Part shown: positions 21,401 through 36,400 of the stretch, piece after piece | Layout: every line of letters starts with the position of its first letter | How positions within the stretch are numbered: position 1 is the stretch's first letter | Assembly (NCBI GenBank): GCA_964016885.1 | Contig: OZ024740.1 | Coordinates: 420,112,001 to 420,176,000 of the forward strand | From: Eledone cirrhosa | Lineage: Eukaryota | Length of the DNA: 64,000 nt | Reading direction: 5' to 3' | Program-made: the position numbers and the translations under genes | The notes under the pieces: generated by a model | What the model saw: the letters and a program-made list of their open reading frames with translations, nothing else | Told to the model about the DNA's origin: nothing | The model's database searches: none

Positions 21401-24400
21401 GTGACAGTCTACATATGTGGTGGGAAAGAGGTAGAGTTGGAGGTGACAGTCTACATATGTGGTGGGAAAGAGGTAGAGTTGGAGATGACAGTCTAAATAT
21501 GTGGTGGGAAAGAGGTAGAGTTGGAGGTGACAGTCTACATATGTGGTGGGAAAGAGGTAGAGTTGGAGGTGACAGTCTAAATATGTGGTGGGAAAGAGGT
21601 AGAGTTGGAGGTGACAGTCTACATATGTGGTGGGAAAGAGGTAGAGTTGGAGGTGACAGTCTACATATGTGGTGGGAAAGAGGTAGAGTTGGAGATGACA
21701 GTCTAAATATGTGGTGGGAAAGAGGTAGAGTTGGAAATGACAGTCTACATATGTGGTGGGAAAGAGGTAGAGTTGGAGATGACAGTCTAAATATGTGGTG
21801 GGAAAGAGGTAGAGTTGGAGGTGACAGTCTACATATGTGGTGGGAAAGAGGTAGAGTTGGAGGTGACAGTCTACATATGTGGTGGGAAAGAGGTAGAGTT
21901 GGAGGTGACAGTCTACATATGTGGTGGGAAAGAGGTAGAGTTGGAGGTGACAGTCTACATATGTGGTGGGAAAGAGGTAGAGTTGGAGATGACAGTCTAA
22001 ATATGTGGTGGGAAAGAGGTAGAGTTGGAGGTGACAGTCTACATATGTGGTGGGAAAGAGGTAGAGTTGGAGATGACAGTCTAAATATGTGGTGGGAAAG
22101 AGGTAGAGTTGGAGGTGACAGTCTACATATGTGGTGGGAAAGAGGTAGAGTTGGAGGTGACAGTCTACATATGTGGTGGGAAAGAGGTAGAGTTGGAGGT
22201 GACAGTCTACATATGTGGTGGGAAAGAGGTAGAGTTGGAGGTGACAGTCTACATATGTGGTGGGAAAGAGGTAGAGTTGGAGGTGACAGTCTACATATGT
22301 GGTGGGAAAGAGGTAGAGTTGGTGGTGACAGTCTACATATGTGGTGGGAATGATGTAGAGTTGGAGGTAACAGTCTACATATGTGGTGGGAATGATGTAC
22401 AGTTGGAGGTGACAATCTACATATGTGGTGGGTCTGATGTAGTGTTGGAGGTGACAGTCTACATATGTGGCAGGAATGATGTAGAGTTGAGGTGACAGTC
22501 TACATATGTGGTGGGAATGATGTAGAATTGAAGGGGACAGTCTACATATGTGGTGGGAATGATGTAGAGTTGGAGGTGACAGTCTACATATGTCTTGGGA
22601 ATGATGCAGAGTTGCAGGTAACAGTCTACATATGTGGTGGGAATGATGTACAGTTGGAGGTGACAGTCTATATATGTGGTGGGAATGATGTAGAGTTGGA
22701 GGTGACAGTCTACATATGTGGTGGGAATGATGTACAGTTGGAGGTGACAGTCTATATATGTGGTGGGAATGATGTACAGTTAGAGGTGACAGTCTACATA
22801 GGTGGTGGGAATGATGTACAGTTGGAGGTGACAGTCTGCATATGTGGTGGGAATGATGTAGAGTCGGAGATGACAATCTACATATGTTGTGGGAATGATG
22901 TAGAGTTGGAGGTGACAGTCTACATATGTGGTGGGAATGATGTAGAGTTGGAGGTAACAGTCTACATATGTGGTGGGAATGATGTAGAGTTGGAGGTGAC
23001 AAACTACATATGTGGTGGGAATGATGTAGAGTTGGAGGTGACAGTCTACAGATGTGGTGGGAAAGAGGTAGAGTTGGGGGATGACAGTCTACATATGTGG
23101 TGGGGATGATGTACTGTTGGAGGTGACAATCTACATATGTGGTGGGAATGATGTACTGTTGGAGGTGACACTCTACATATGTGGTGGGAATGATGTAGAG
23201 TTGGAGGTGACAGTCTACATATGTGGTGGGAATGATGTAGAGTTAGAGGTGACAGTCTACAAATTAAGTGGGAATGATGTAGGGTTGGAAGTAACAGTCT
23301 ACATATGTGGTGGGAATGATGTACAGTTGGAGGTGACAGTCTACATATGTGGTGGGAATGATATAGAGTTGGAGGTGAGTCTACATATGTGGTGGGAATG
23401 ATGTAGAGTTGGAGGTGATAGTCTACATATGTAGGTGGGAAAGAGGTAGAGTTGGAGGTGACAGTCTACATATGTGGTGGGAACGATGTAGAGTTAGAGG
23501 TGACAGTCTACATATGTGGTGGGAAAGAGGTAGAGTTGGAGGTGAGAGTCTACATATGTGGTGGGAAAGAGGTAGAGTTGGAGGTGATAGTCTACATATG
23601 TGGTGGGACTGATGTACAGTTGGAGATGACAGTCTACATATGTGGTGGGAATGATGTAGAGTTGGAGGTGACAGTCTACATATGTGGTGGGAATGATGTA
23701 GAGTTAGAGGTGACAGTCTACAAATTAAGTGGGAATGATGTAGGGTTGGAAGTAACAGTCTACATATGTGGTGGGAATGATGTACAGTTGGAGGTGACAG
23801 TCTATATATGTGGTGGGAATGATGTACAGTTGGAGGTGACAGTCTACATAGGTGGTGGGAATGATGTACAGTTGGAGGTGACAGTCTGCATATGTGGTGG
23901 GAATGATGTAGAGTCGGAGGTGACAATCTACATATGTTGTGGGAATGATGTAGAGTTGGAGGTAACAGTCTACATATGTGGTGGGTCTGATGTACAGTTG
24001 GAGGTGACAGTCTACATATGTGGTGGGAATGGTGTAGAGTTGGAGGTGACAGTCTACATATGTGGCAGGAATGATGTAGAGTTGAAGGTGACAGTTTACA
24101 TATGTGGTGGGAATGATGTAGAGTTGAAGGGGACAGTCTACATATGTGGTGGGAATGATGTAGAGTTGGAGGTGACAGTCTACATATGTGGTGGGAATGA
24201 TGTACTGTTGGAGGTGACACTCTACATATGTGGTGGGAATGATGTAGAGTTGGAGGTGACAGTCTACATATGTGGTGGGAATGATGTAGAGTTAGAGGTG
24301 ACAGTCTACAAATTAAGTGGGAATGATGTAGGGTTGGAAGTAACAGTCTACATATGTGGTGGGAATGATGTACAGTTGGATGTGACAGTCTACATATGAG

Positions 24401-27400
24401 GTGCGAATGATGTACAGTTGGAGGTGACAGTCTACATATGTAGTGGGAATGATGTACAGTTGGAGGTGACAGTCTACATATGTGGTGGGAATGATGTAGA
24501 GTTGGAGGTGACAATCTACATATGTGGTGGGAATTATGTAGAGTTGGAGGTGACAATCTACATATGTGGTGGGAATTATGTAGAGTTGGAGGTGACAGTC
24601 TACATATGTGGTGGGAATGGTGTAGAGTTGGAGGTGACAATCTACATATGTGGTGGGAAGGATGTAGAGTTGGAGGTGACAGTCTACATATGTGGTGGGA
24701 AAGAGGTACAGTTGGAGGTGACAGTCTACATATGTGGTGGGAATGATGTAAAGTTGGAGGTGACAGTCTACATATGTGGTGGGAATGATGTACAGTTGGA
24801 GGTGACAGTCTATATATGTGGTGGGAATGATGTACAGTTGGAGGTGACAGTCTACATAGGTGGTGGGAATGATGTACAGTTGGAGGTGACAGTCTGCATA
24901 TGTGGTGGGAATGATGTAGAGTCGGAGGTGAAAGTCTACATATGTTGTGGGAATGATGTAGAGTTGGGGGTGACAGTCTACGTTTGTGGTGTGAATGATG
25001 TAGAGTTGGAGGTAACAGTCTACATATGTGGTGGGTCTGATGTACAGTTGGAGGTGACAGTCTACATATGTGGTGGGAATGGTGTAGAGTTGGAGGTGAC
25101 AGTCTACATATGTGGCAGGAATGATGTAGAGTTGGAAGTGACAGTTTACATATGTGGTGGGAATGATGTAGAGTTGAAGGGGACAGTCTACATATGTGGT
25201 GGGAATGATGTAGAGTTGGAGGTGACAGTCTACATATGTGGTGGGAATGATGTATTGTTGGAGGTGACACTCTACATATGTGGTGGGAATGATGTAGAGT
25301 TGGAGGTGACAGTCTACATATGTGGTGGGAATGATGTAGAGTTGGAGGTAACAGTCTACATATGTGGTGGGTCTGATGTACAGTTGGAGGTGACAGTCTA
25401 CATATGTGGTGGGAATGGTGTAGAGTTTGAGGTGACAGTCTACATATGTGGCAGGAATGATGTAGAGTTGGAGGTGACAGTTTACATATGTGGTGGGAAT
25501 GATGTAGAGTTGAAGGCGACAGTCTACATATGTGGTGGGAATGATGTAGAGTTGGAGGTGACAGTCTACATATGTGGTGGGAATGATGTAGAGTTGGTGG
25601 TGACGGTCTACATATGTGGTGGGAATTGGTAGAGTTGGAGGTGACAGTCTACATATGTGGTGGGAACGATGTAGATTTGGAGGTGACAGTCTACATATGT
25701 GGTGAGAAAGAGGTAGAGTTGGAGGTGACAATCTACATATGTGGTGGGAATGGTGTAGAGTTGGAGGTGACAGTCTACATATGTGGCAGGAATGATGTAG
25801 AGTTGGAGGTGACAGTTTACATATGTGGTGGGAATGATGTAGAGTTGAAGGGGACAGTCTACATATGTGGTGGGAATGATGTAGAGTTGGTGGTGACAGT
25901 CTACATATGTGGTGGGAAAGAGGTAGAGTTGGTGGTGACAGTCTACATATGTGGTGGGAATGATGTAGAGTTGGAGGTAACAGTCTACATATGTGGTGGG
26001 AAAGAGGTAGTGTTGGAGGTGACAGTCTACATATGTGGTGGGAATGATGTAGAGTTGGGTGTGACAATCTACATACGTGGTGGGAAAGAGGTAGAGTTGG
26101 AGGTGACAGTCTACATATGTGGTGAGAAAGAGGTAGAGTTGGAGGTGACAGTCTACATATGTGGTGGGAATGATGTAGAGTTGGAGGTGACAGTCTACAT
26201 ATGTGGTGGGAATTATGTAGAGTTGGAGGTGACAGTCTACATATGTGGTGGGAATGATGTATAGTTGGAGGTGACAGTCTACATATGTGGTGGGAATGAT
26301 GTAGAGTTGGAGGTGACAATCTACATATGTGGTGGGAAGGATGTAGAGTTGGAGGTGACAGTCTACATATGTGGTGGGAAAGAGGTAGAGTTGGAGGTAA
26401 CAGTCTACATATGTGGTGGGAATGATGTAGAGTTGAAGGTGACAGTCTACATATGTGGTGGGAATGATGTAGAGTTGGAGGTAACAGTCTACATATGTGG
26501 TGGGAATGATGTACAGTTGGAGGTGACAATCTACATATGTGGTGGGTCTGATGTAGTGTTGGAGGTGACAGTCTACATATGTGGCAGGAATGATGTAGAG
26601 TTGAGGTGACAGTCTACATATGTGGTGGGAATGATGTAGAATTGAAGGGGACAGTCTACATATGTGGTGGGAATGATGTAGAGTTGGAGGTGACAGTCTA
26701 CATATGTCTTGGGAATGATGCAGAGTTGCAGGTAACAGTCTACATATGTGGTGGGAATGATATACAGTTGGAGGTGACAGTCTATATATGTCGTGGGAAT
26801 GATGTAGAGTTGGAGGTAACAGTCTACATATGTGGTGGGAATGATGTACAGTTGGAGGTGACAGTCTATATATGTGGTGGGAATGATGTAGAGTTGGAGG
26901 TGACAGTCTACATATGTGGTGGGAATGATGTACAGTTGGAGGTGACAGTCTATATATGTGGTGGGAATGATGTACAGTTGGAGGTGACAGTCTACATAGG
27001 TGGTGGGAATGATGTACAGTTGGAGGTGACAGTCTGCATATGTGGTGGGAATGATGTAGAGTCGGAGGTGACAATCTACATATGTTGTGGGAATGATGTA
27101 GAGTTGGAGGTGACAGTCTACATATGTGGTGGGAATGATGTAGAGTTGGAGGTAACAGTCTACATATGTGGTGGGAATGATGTAGAGTTGGAGGTGACAA
27201 ACTACATATGTGGTGGGAATGATGTAGAGTTGGAGGTGACAGTCTACAGATGTGGTGGGAAAGAGGTAGAGTTGGGGGATGACAGTCTACATATGTGGTG
27301 GGAATGATGTACTGTTGGAGGTGACAATCTACATATGTGGTGGGAATGATATAGAGTTGGAGGTGACAGTCTACATATGTGGTGGGAATGATGTAGAGTT

Positions 27401-30400
27401 AGAGGTGACAGTCTACAAATTAAGTGGGAATGATGTAGGGTTGGAAGTAACAGTCTACATATGTGGTGGGAATGATATAGAGTTGGAGGTGAGTCTACAT
27501 ATGTGGTGGGAATGATGTAGAGTTGGAGGTGATAGTCTACATATGTAGGTGGGAAAGAGGTAGAGTTGGAGGTGACAGTCTACATATGTGGTGGGAACGA
27601 TGTAGAGTTGGAGGTGACAGTCTACATATGTGGTGGGAAAGAGGTAGAGTTGGAGGTGAGAGTCTACATATGTGGTGGGAAAGAGGTAGAGTTGGAGGTG
27701 ATAGTCTACATATGTGGTGGGACTGATGTACAGTTGGAGATGACAGTCTACATATGTGGTGGGAATGATGTACAGTTGGAGGTGACAATCTACATATGTG
27801 GTGGGCATGATGTAGAGTTGGAGGTGACAAACTACATATGTGGTGGGAATGATGTAGAGTTGGAGGTGACAGTCTACATATGTGGTGGGAAAGAGGTAGA
27901 GTTGGGGGATGACAGTCTACATATGTGGTGGGAATGATGTACTGTTGGAGGTGACACTCTACATATGTGGTGGGAATGATGTAGAGTTGGAGGTGACAGT
28001 CTACATATGTGGTGGGAATGATGTAGAGTTAGAGGTGACAGTCTACAAATTAAGTGGGAATGATGTAGGGTTGGAAGTAACAGTCTACATATGTGGTGGG
28101 AATGATGTACAGTTGGAGGTGACAGTCTATATATGTGGTGGGAATGATGTGCAGTTGGAGGTGACAGTCTACATAGGTGGTGGGAATGATGTACAGTTGG
28201 AGGTGACAGTCTGCATATGTGGTGGGAATGATGTAGAGTCGGAGGTGACAATCTACATATGTTGTGGGAATGATGTAGAGTTGGAGGTAACAGTCTACAT
28301 ATGTGGTGGGTCTGATGTACAGTTGGAGGTGACAGTCTACATATGTGGTGGGAATGGTGTAGAGTTGGAGGTGACAGTCTACATATGTGGCAGGAATGAT
28401 GTAGAGTTGGAGGTGACAGTCTACATATGTGGTGGGAATGATGTAGAGTTAGAGGTGACAGTCTACAAATTAAGTGGGAATGATGTAGGGTTGGAAGTAA
28501 CAGTCTACATATGTGGTGGGCATGATGTACAGTTGGATGTGACAGTCTACATATGAGGTGGGAATGATGTACAGTTGGAGGTGACAGTCTACATATGTAG
28601 TGGGAATGATGTACAGTTGGAGGTGACAGTCTACATATGTGGTGGGAATGGTGTAGAGTTGGAGGTGACAGTCTACATATGTGGCAGGAATGATGTAGAG
28701 TTGGAAGTGACAGTTTACATATGTGGTGGGAATGATGTAGAGTTGGAGGTGACAGTCTACATATGTGGTGGGAAAGAGGTAGAGTTGGAGGTGACAGTCT
28801 ACATATGTGGTGGGAAAGAGGTAGAGTTGGAGGTGACAGTCTACATATGTGGTGGGAAAGAGGTAGAGTTGGAGGTGACAGTCTACATATGTGGTGGGAA
28901 AGAGGTAGAGTTGGAGATGACAGTCTAAATATGTGGTGGGAAAGAGGTAGAGTTGGAGGTGACAGTCTACATATGTGGTGGGAAAGAGGTAGAGTTGGAG
29001 GTGACAGTCTAAATATGTGGTGGGAAAGAGGTAGAGTTGGAGGTGACAGTCTACATATGTGGTGGGAAAGAGGTAGAGTTGGAGGTGACAGTCTACATAT
29101 GTGGTGGGAAAGAGGTAGAGTTGGAGATGACAGTCTAAATATGTGGTGGGAAAGAGGTAGAGTTGGAAATGACAGTCTACATATGTGGTGGGAAAGAGGT
29201 AGAGTTGGAGATGACAGTCTAAATATGTGGTGGGAAAGAGGTAGAGTTGGAGGTGACAGTCTACATATGTGGTGGGAAAGAGGTAGAGTTGGAGGTGACA
29301 GTCTACATATGTGGTGGGAAAGAGGTAGAGTTGGAGGTGACAGTCTACATATGTGGTGGGAAAGAGGTAGAGTTGGAGGTGACAGTCTACATATGTGGTG
29401 GGAAAGAGGTAGAGTTGGAGATGACAGTCTAAATATGTGGTGGGAAAGAGGTAGAGTTGGAGGTGACAGTCTACATATGTGGTGGGAAAGAGGTAGAGTT
29501 GGAGATGACAGTCTAAATATGTGGTGGGAAAGAGGTAGAGTTGGAGGTGACAGTCTACATATGTGGTGGGAAAGAGGTAGAGTTGGAGGTGACAGTCTAC
29601 ATATGTGGTGGGAAAGAGGTAGAGTTGGAGGTGACAGTCTACATATGTGGTGGGAAAGAGGTAGAGTTGGAGGTGACAGTCTACATATGTGGTGGGAAAG
29701 AGGTAGAGTTGGAGGTGACAGTCTACATATGTGGTGGGAAAGAGGTAGAGTTGGTGGTGACAGTCTACATATGTGGTGGGAATGATGTAGAGTTGGAGGT
29801 AACAGTCTACATATGTGGTGGGAATGATGTACAGTTGGAGGTGACAATCTACATATGTGGTGGGTCTGATGTAGTGTTGGAGGTGACAGTCTACATATGT
29901 GGCAGGAATGATGTAGAGTTGAGGTGACAGTCTACATATGTGGTGGGAATGATGTAGAATTGAAGGGGACAGTCTACATATGTGGTGGGAATGATGTAGA
30001 GTTGGAGGTGACAGTCTACATATGTCTTGGGAATGATGCAGAGTTGCAGGTAACAGTCTACATATGTGGTGGGAATGATGTACAGTTGGAGGTGACAGTC
30101 TATATATGTCGTGGGAATGATGTAGAGTTGGAGGTAACAGTCTACATATGTGGGGGGAATGATGTACAGTTGGAGGTGACAGTCTATATATGTGGTGGGA
30201 ATGATGTAGAGTTGGAGGTGACAGTCTACATATGTGGTGGGAATGATGTACAGTTGGAGGTGACAGTCTATATATGTGGTGGGAATGATGTACAGTTAGA
30301 GGTGACAGTCTACATAGGTGGTGGGAATGATGTACAGTTGGAGGTGACAGTCTGCATATGTGGTGGGAATGATGTAGAGTCGGAGATGACAATCTACATA

Positions 30401-33400
30401 TGTTGTGGGAATGATGTAGAGTTGGAGGTGACAGTCTACATATGTGGTGGGAATGATGTAGAGTTGGAGGTAACAGTCTACATATGTGGTGGGAATGATG
30501 TAGAGTTGGAGGTGACAAACTACATATGTGGTGGGAATGATGTAGAGTTGGAGGTGACAGTCTACAGATGTGGTGGGAAAGAGGTAGAGTTGGGGGATGA
30601 CAGTCTACATATGTGGTGGGAATGATGTACTGTTGGAGGTGACAATCTACATATGTGGTGGGAATGATGTACTGTTGGAGGTGACACTCTACATATGTGG
30701 TGGGAATGATGTAGAGTTGGAGGTGACAGTCTACATATGTGGTGGGAATGATGTAGAGTTAGAGGTGACAGTCTACAAATTAAGTGGGAATGATGTAGGG
30801 TTGGAAGTAACAGTCTACATATGTGGTGGGAATGATGTACAGTTGGAGGTGACAGTCTACATATGTGGTGGGAATGATATAGAGTTGGAGGTGAGTCTAC
30901 ATATGTGGTGGGAATGATGTAGAGTTGGAGGTGATAGTCTACATATGTAGGTGGGAAAGAGGTAGAGTTGGAGGTGACAGTCTACATATGTGGTGGGAAC
31001 GATGTAGAGTTAGAGGTGACAGTCTACATATGTGGTGGGAAAGAGGTAGAGTTGGAGGTGAGAGTCTACATATGTGGTGGGAAAGAGGTAGAGTTGGAGG
31101 TGATAGTCTACATATGTGGTGGGACTGATGTACAGTTGGAGATGACAGTCTACATATGTGGTGGGAATGATGTAGAGTTGGAGGTGACAGTCTACATATG
31201 TGGTGGGAATGATGTAGAGTTAGAGGTGACAGTCTACAAATTAAGTGGGAATGATGTAGGGTTGGAAGTAACAGTCTACATATGTGGTGGGAATGATGTA
31301 CAGTTGGAGGTGACAGTCTATATATGTGGTGGGAATGATGTACAGTTGGAGGTGACAGTCTACATAGGTGGTGGGAATGATGTACAGTTGGAGGTGACAG
31401 TCTGCATATGTGGTGGGAATGATGTAGAGTCGGAGGTGACAATCTACATATGTTGTGGGAATGATGTAGAGTTGGAGGTAACAGTCTACATATGTGGTGG
31501 GTCTGATGTACAGTTGGAGGTGACAGTCTACATATGTGGTGGGAATGGTGTAGAGTTGGAGGTGACAGTCTACATATGTGGCAGGAATGATGTAGAGTTG
31601 AAGGTGACAGTTTACATATGTGGTGGGAATGATGTAGAGTTGAAGGGGACAGTCTACATATGTGGTGGGAATGATGTAGAGTTGGAGGTGACAGTCTACA
31701 TATGTGGTGGGAATGATGTACTGTTGGAGGTGACACTCTACATATGTGGTGGGAATGATGTAGAGTTGGAGGTGACAGTCTACATATGTGGTGGGAATGA
31801 TGTAGAGTTAGAGGTGACAGTCTACAAATTAAGTGGGAATGATGTAGGGTTGGAAGTAACAGTCTACATATGTGGTGGGAATGATGTACAGTTGGATGTG
31901 ACAGTCTACATATGAGGTGCGAATGATGTACAGTTGGAGGTGACAGTCTACATATGTAGTGGGAATGATGTACAGTTGGAGGTGACAGTCTACATATGTG
32001 GTGGGAATGATGTAGAGTTGGAGGTGACAATCTACATATGTGGTGGGAATTATGTAGAGTTGGAGGTGACAATCTACATATGTGGTGGGAATTATGTAGA
32101 GTTGGAGGTGACAGTCTACATATGTGGTGGGAATGGTGTAGAGTTGGAGGTGACAATCTACATATGTGGTGGGAAGGATGTAGAGTTGGAGGTGACAGTC
32201 TACATATGTGGTGGGAAAGAGGTACAGTTGGAGGTGACAGTCTACATATGTGGTGGGAATGATGTAAAGTTGGAGGTGACAGTCTACATATGTGGTGGGA
32301 ATGATGTACAGTTGGAGGTGACAGTCTATATATGTGGTGGGAATGATGTACAGTTGGAGGTGACAGTCTACATAGGTGGTGGGAATGATGTACAGTTGGA
32401 GGTGACAGTCTGCATATGTGGTGGGAATGATGTAGAGTCGGAGGTGAAAGTCTACATATGTTGTGGGAATGATGTAGAGTTGGGGGTGACAGTCTACGTT
32501 TGTGGTGTGAATGATGTAGAGTTGGAGGTAACAGTCTACATATGTGGTGGGTCTGATGTACAGTTGGAGGTGACAGTCTACATATGTGGTGGGAATGGTG
32601 TAGAGTTGGAGGTGACAGTCTACATATGTGGCAGGAATGATGTAGAGTTGGAAGTGACAGTTTACATATGTGGTGGGAATGATGTAGAGTTGAAGGGGAC
32701 AGTCTACATATGTGGTGGGAATGATGTAGAGTTGGAGGTGACAGTCTACATATGTGGTGGGAATGATGTATTGTTGGAGGTGACACTCTACATATGTGGT
32801 GGGAATGATGTAGAGTTGGAGGTGACAGTCTACATATGTGGTGGGAATGATGTAGAGTTGGAGGTAACAGTCTACATATGTGGTGGGTCTGATGTACAGT
32901 TGGAGGTGACAGTCTACATATGTGGTGGGAATGGTGTAGAGTTGGAGGTGACAGTCTACATATGTGGCAGGAATGATGTAGAGTTGGAGGTGACAGTTTA
33001 CATATGTGGTGGGAATGATGTAGAGTTGAAGGCGACAGTCTACATATGTGGTGGGAATGATGTAGAGTTGGAGGTGACAGTCTACATATGTGGTGGGAAT
33101 GATGTAGAGTTGGTGGTGACGGTCTACATATGTGGTGGGAATTGGTAGAGTTGGAGGTGACAGTCTACATATGTGGTGGGAACGATGTAGATTTGGAGGT
33201 GACAGTCTACATATGTGGTGAGAAAGAGGTAGAGTTGGAGGTGACAATCTACATATGTGGTGGGAATGGTGTAGAGTTGGAGGTGACAGTCTACATATGT
33301 GGCAGGAATGATGTAGAGTTGGAGGTGACAGTTTACATATGTGGTGGGAATGATGTAGAGTTGAAGGGGACAGTCTACATATGTGGTGGGAATGATGTAG

Positions 33401-36400
33401 AGTTGGTGGTGACAGTCTACATATGTGGTGGGAAAGAGGTAGAGTTGGTGGTGACAGTCTACATATGTGGTGGGAATGATGTAGAGTTGGAGGTAACAGT
33501 CTACATATGTGGTGGGAAAGAGGTAGTGTTGGAGGTGACAGTCTACATATGTGGTGGGAATGATGTAGAGTTGGGTGTGACAATCTACATATGTGGTGGG
33601 AAAGAGGTAGAGTTGGAGGTGACAGTCTACATATGTGGTGAGAAAGAGGTAGAGTTGGAGGTGACAGTCTACATATGTGGTGGGAATGATGTAGAGTTGG
33701 AGGTGACAGTCTACATATGTGGTGGGAATTATGTAGAGTTGGAGGTGACAGTCTACATATGTGGTGGGAATGATGTATAGTTGGAGGTGACAGTCTACAT
33801 ATGTGGTGGGAATGATGTAGAGTTGGAGGTGACAATCTACATATGTGGTGGGAAGGATGTAGAGTTGGAGGTGACAGTCTACATATGTGGTGGGAAAGAG
33901 GTAGAGTTGGAGGTAACAGTCTACATATGTGGTGGGAATGATGTAGAGTTGAAGGTGACAGTCTACATATGTGGTGGGAATGATGTAGAGTTGGAGGTAA
34001 CAGTCTACATATGTGGTGGGAATGATGTACAGTTGGAGGTGACAATCTACATATGTGGTGGGTCTGATGTAGTGTTGGAGGTGACAGTCTACATATGTGG
34101 CAGGAATGATGTAGAGTTGAGGTGACAGTCTACATATGTGGTGGGAATGATGTAGAATTGAAGGGGACAGTCTACATATGTGGTGGGAATGATGTAGAGT
34201 TGGAGGTGACAGTCTACATATGTCTTGGGAATGATGCAGAGTTGCAGGTAACAGTCTACATATGTGGTGGGAATGATATACAGTTGGAGGTGACAGTCTA
34301 TATATGTCGTGGGAATGATGTAGAGTTGGAGGTAACAGTCTACATATGTGGTGGGAATGATGTACAGTTGGAGGTGACAGTCTATATATGTGGTGGGAAT
34401 GATGTAGAGTTGGAGGTGACAGTCTACATATGTGGTGGGAATGATGTACAGTTGGAGGTGACAGTCTATATATGTGGTGGGAATGATGTACAGTTGGAGG
34501 TGACAGTCTACATAGGTGGTGGGAATGATGTACAGTTGGAGGTGACAGTCTGCATATGTGGTGGGAATGATGTAGAGTCGGAGGTGACAATCTACATATG
34601 TTGTGGGAATGATGTAGAGTTGGAGGTGACAGTCTACATATGTGGTGGGAATGATGTAGAGTTGGAGGTAACAGTCTACATATGTGGTGGGAATGATGTA
34701 GAGTTGGAGGTGACAAACTACATATGTGGTGGGAATGATGTAGAGTTGGAGGTGACAGTCTACAGATGTGGTGGGAAAGAGGTAGAGTTGGGGGATGACA
34801 GTCTACATATGTGGTGGGAATGATGTACTGTTGGAGGTGACAATCTACATATGTGGTGGGAATGATATAGAGTTGGAGGTGACAGTCTACATATGTGGTG
34901 GGAATGATGTAGAGTTAGAGGTGACAGTCTACAAATTAAGTGGGAATGATGTAGGGTTGGAAGTAACAGTCTACATATGTGGTGGGAATGATATAGAGTT
35001 GGAGGTGAGTCTACATATGTGGTGGGAATGATGTAGAGTTGGAGGTGATAGTCTACATATGTAGGTGGGAAAGAGGTAGAGTTGGAGGTGACAGTCTACA
35101 TATGTGGTGGGAACGATGTAGAGTTGGAGGTGACAGTCTACATATGTGGTGGGAAAGAGGTAGAGTTGGAGGTGAGAGTCTACATATGTGGTGGGAAAGA
35201 GGTAGAGTTGGAGGTGATAGTCTACATATGTGGTGGGACTGATGTACAGTTGGAGATGACAGTCTACATATGTGGTGGGAATGATGTACAGTTGGAGGTG
35301 ACAATCTACATATGTGGTGGGCATGATGTAGAGTTGGAGGTGACAAACTACATATGTGGTGGGAATGATGTAGAGTTGGAGGTGACAGTCTACATATGTG
35401 GTGGGAAAGAGGTAGAGTTGGGGGATGACAGTCTACATATGTGGTGGGAATGATGTACTGTTGGAGGTGACACTCTACATATGTGGTGGGAATGATGTAG
35501 AGTTGGAGGTGACAGTCTACATATGTGGTGGGAATGATGTAGAGTTAGAGGTGACAGTCTACAAATTAAGTGGGAATGATGTAGGGTTGGAAGTAACAGT
35601 CTACATATGTGGTGGGAATGATGTACAGTTGGAGGTGACAGTCTATATATGTGGTGGGAATGATGTGCAGTTGGAGGTGACAGTCTACATAGGTGGTGGG
35701 AATGATGTACAGTTGGAGGTGACAGTCTGCATATGTGGTGGGAATGATGTAGAGTCGGAGGTGACAATCTACATATGTTGTGGGAATGATGTAGAGTTGG
35801 AGGTAACAGTCTACATATGTGGTGGGTCTGATGTACAGTTGGAGGTGACAGTCTACATATGTGGTGGGAATGGTGTAGAGTTGGAGGTGACAGTCTACAT
35901 ATGTGGCAGGAATGATGTAGAGTTGGAGGTGACAGTCTACATATGTGGTGGGAATGATGTAGAGTTAGAGGTGACAGTCTACAAATTAAGTGGGAATGAT
36001 GTAGGGTTGGAAGTAACAGTCTACATATGTGGTGGGCATGATGTACAGTTGGATGTGACAGTCTACATATGAGGTGGGAATGATGTACAGTTGGAGGTGA
36101 CAGTCTACATATGTAGTGGGAATGATGTACAGTTGGAGGTGACAGTCTACATATGTGGTGGGAATGGTGTAGAGTTGGAGGTGACAGTCTACATATGTGG
36201 CAGGAATGATGTAGAGTTGGAAGTGACAGTTTACATATGTGGTGGGAATGATGTAGAGTTGGAGGTGACAGTCTACATATGTGGTGGGAAAGAGGTAGAG
36301 TTGGAGGTGACAGTCTACATATGTGGTGGGAAAGAGGTAGAGTTGGAGGTGACAGTCTACATATGTGGTGGGAAAGAGGTAGAGTTGGAGGTGACAGTCT

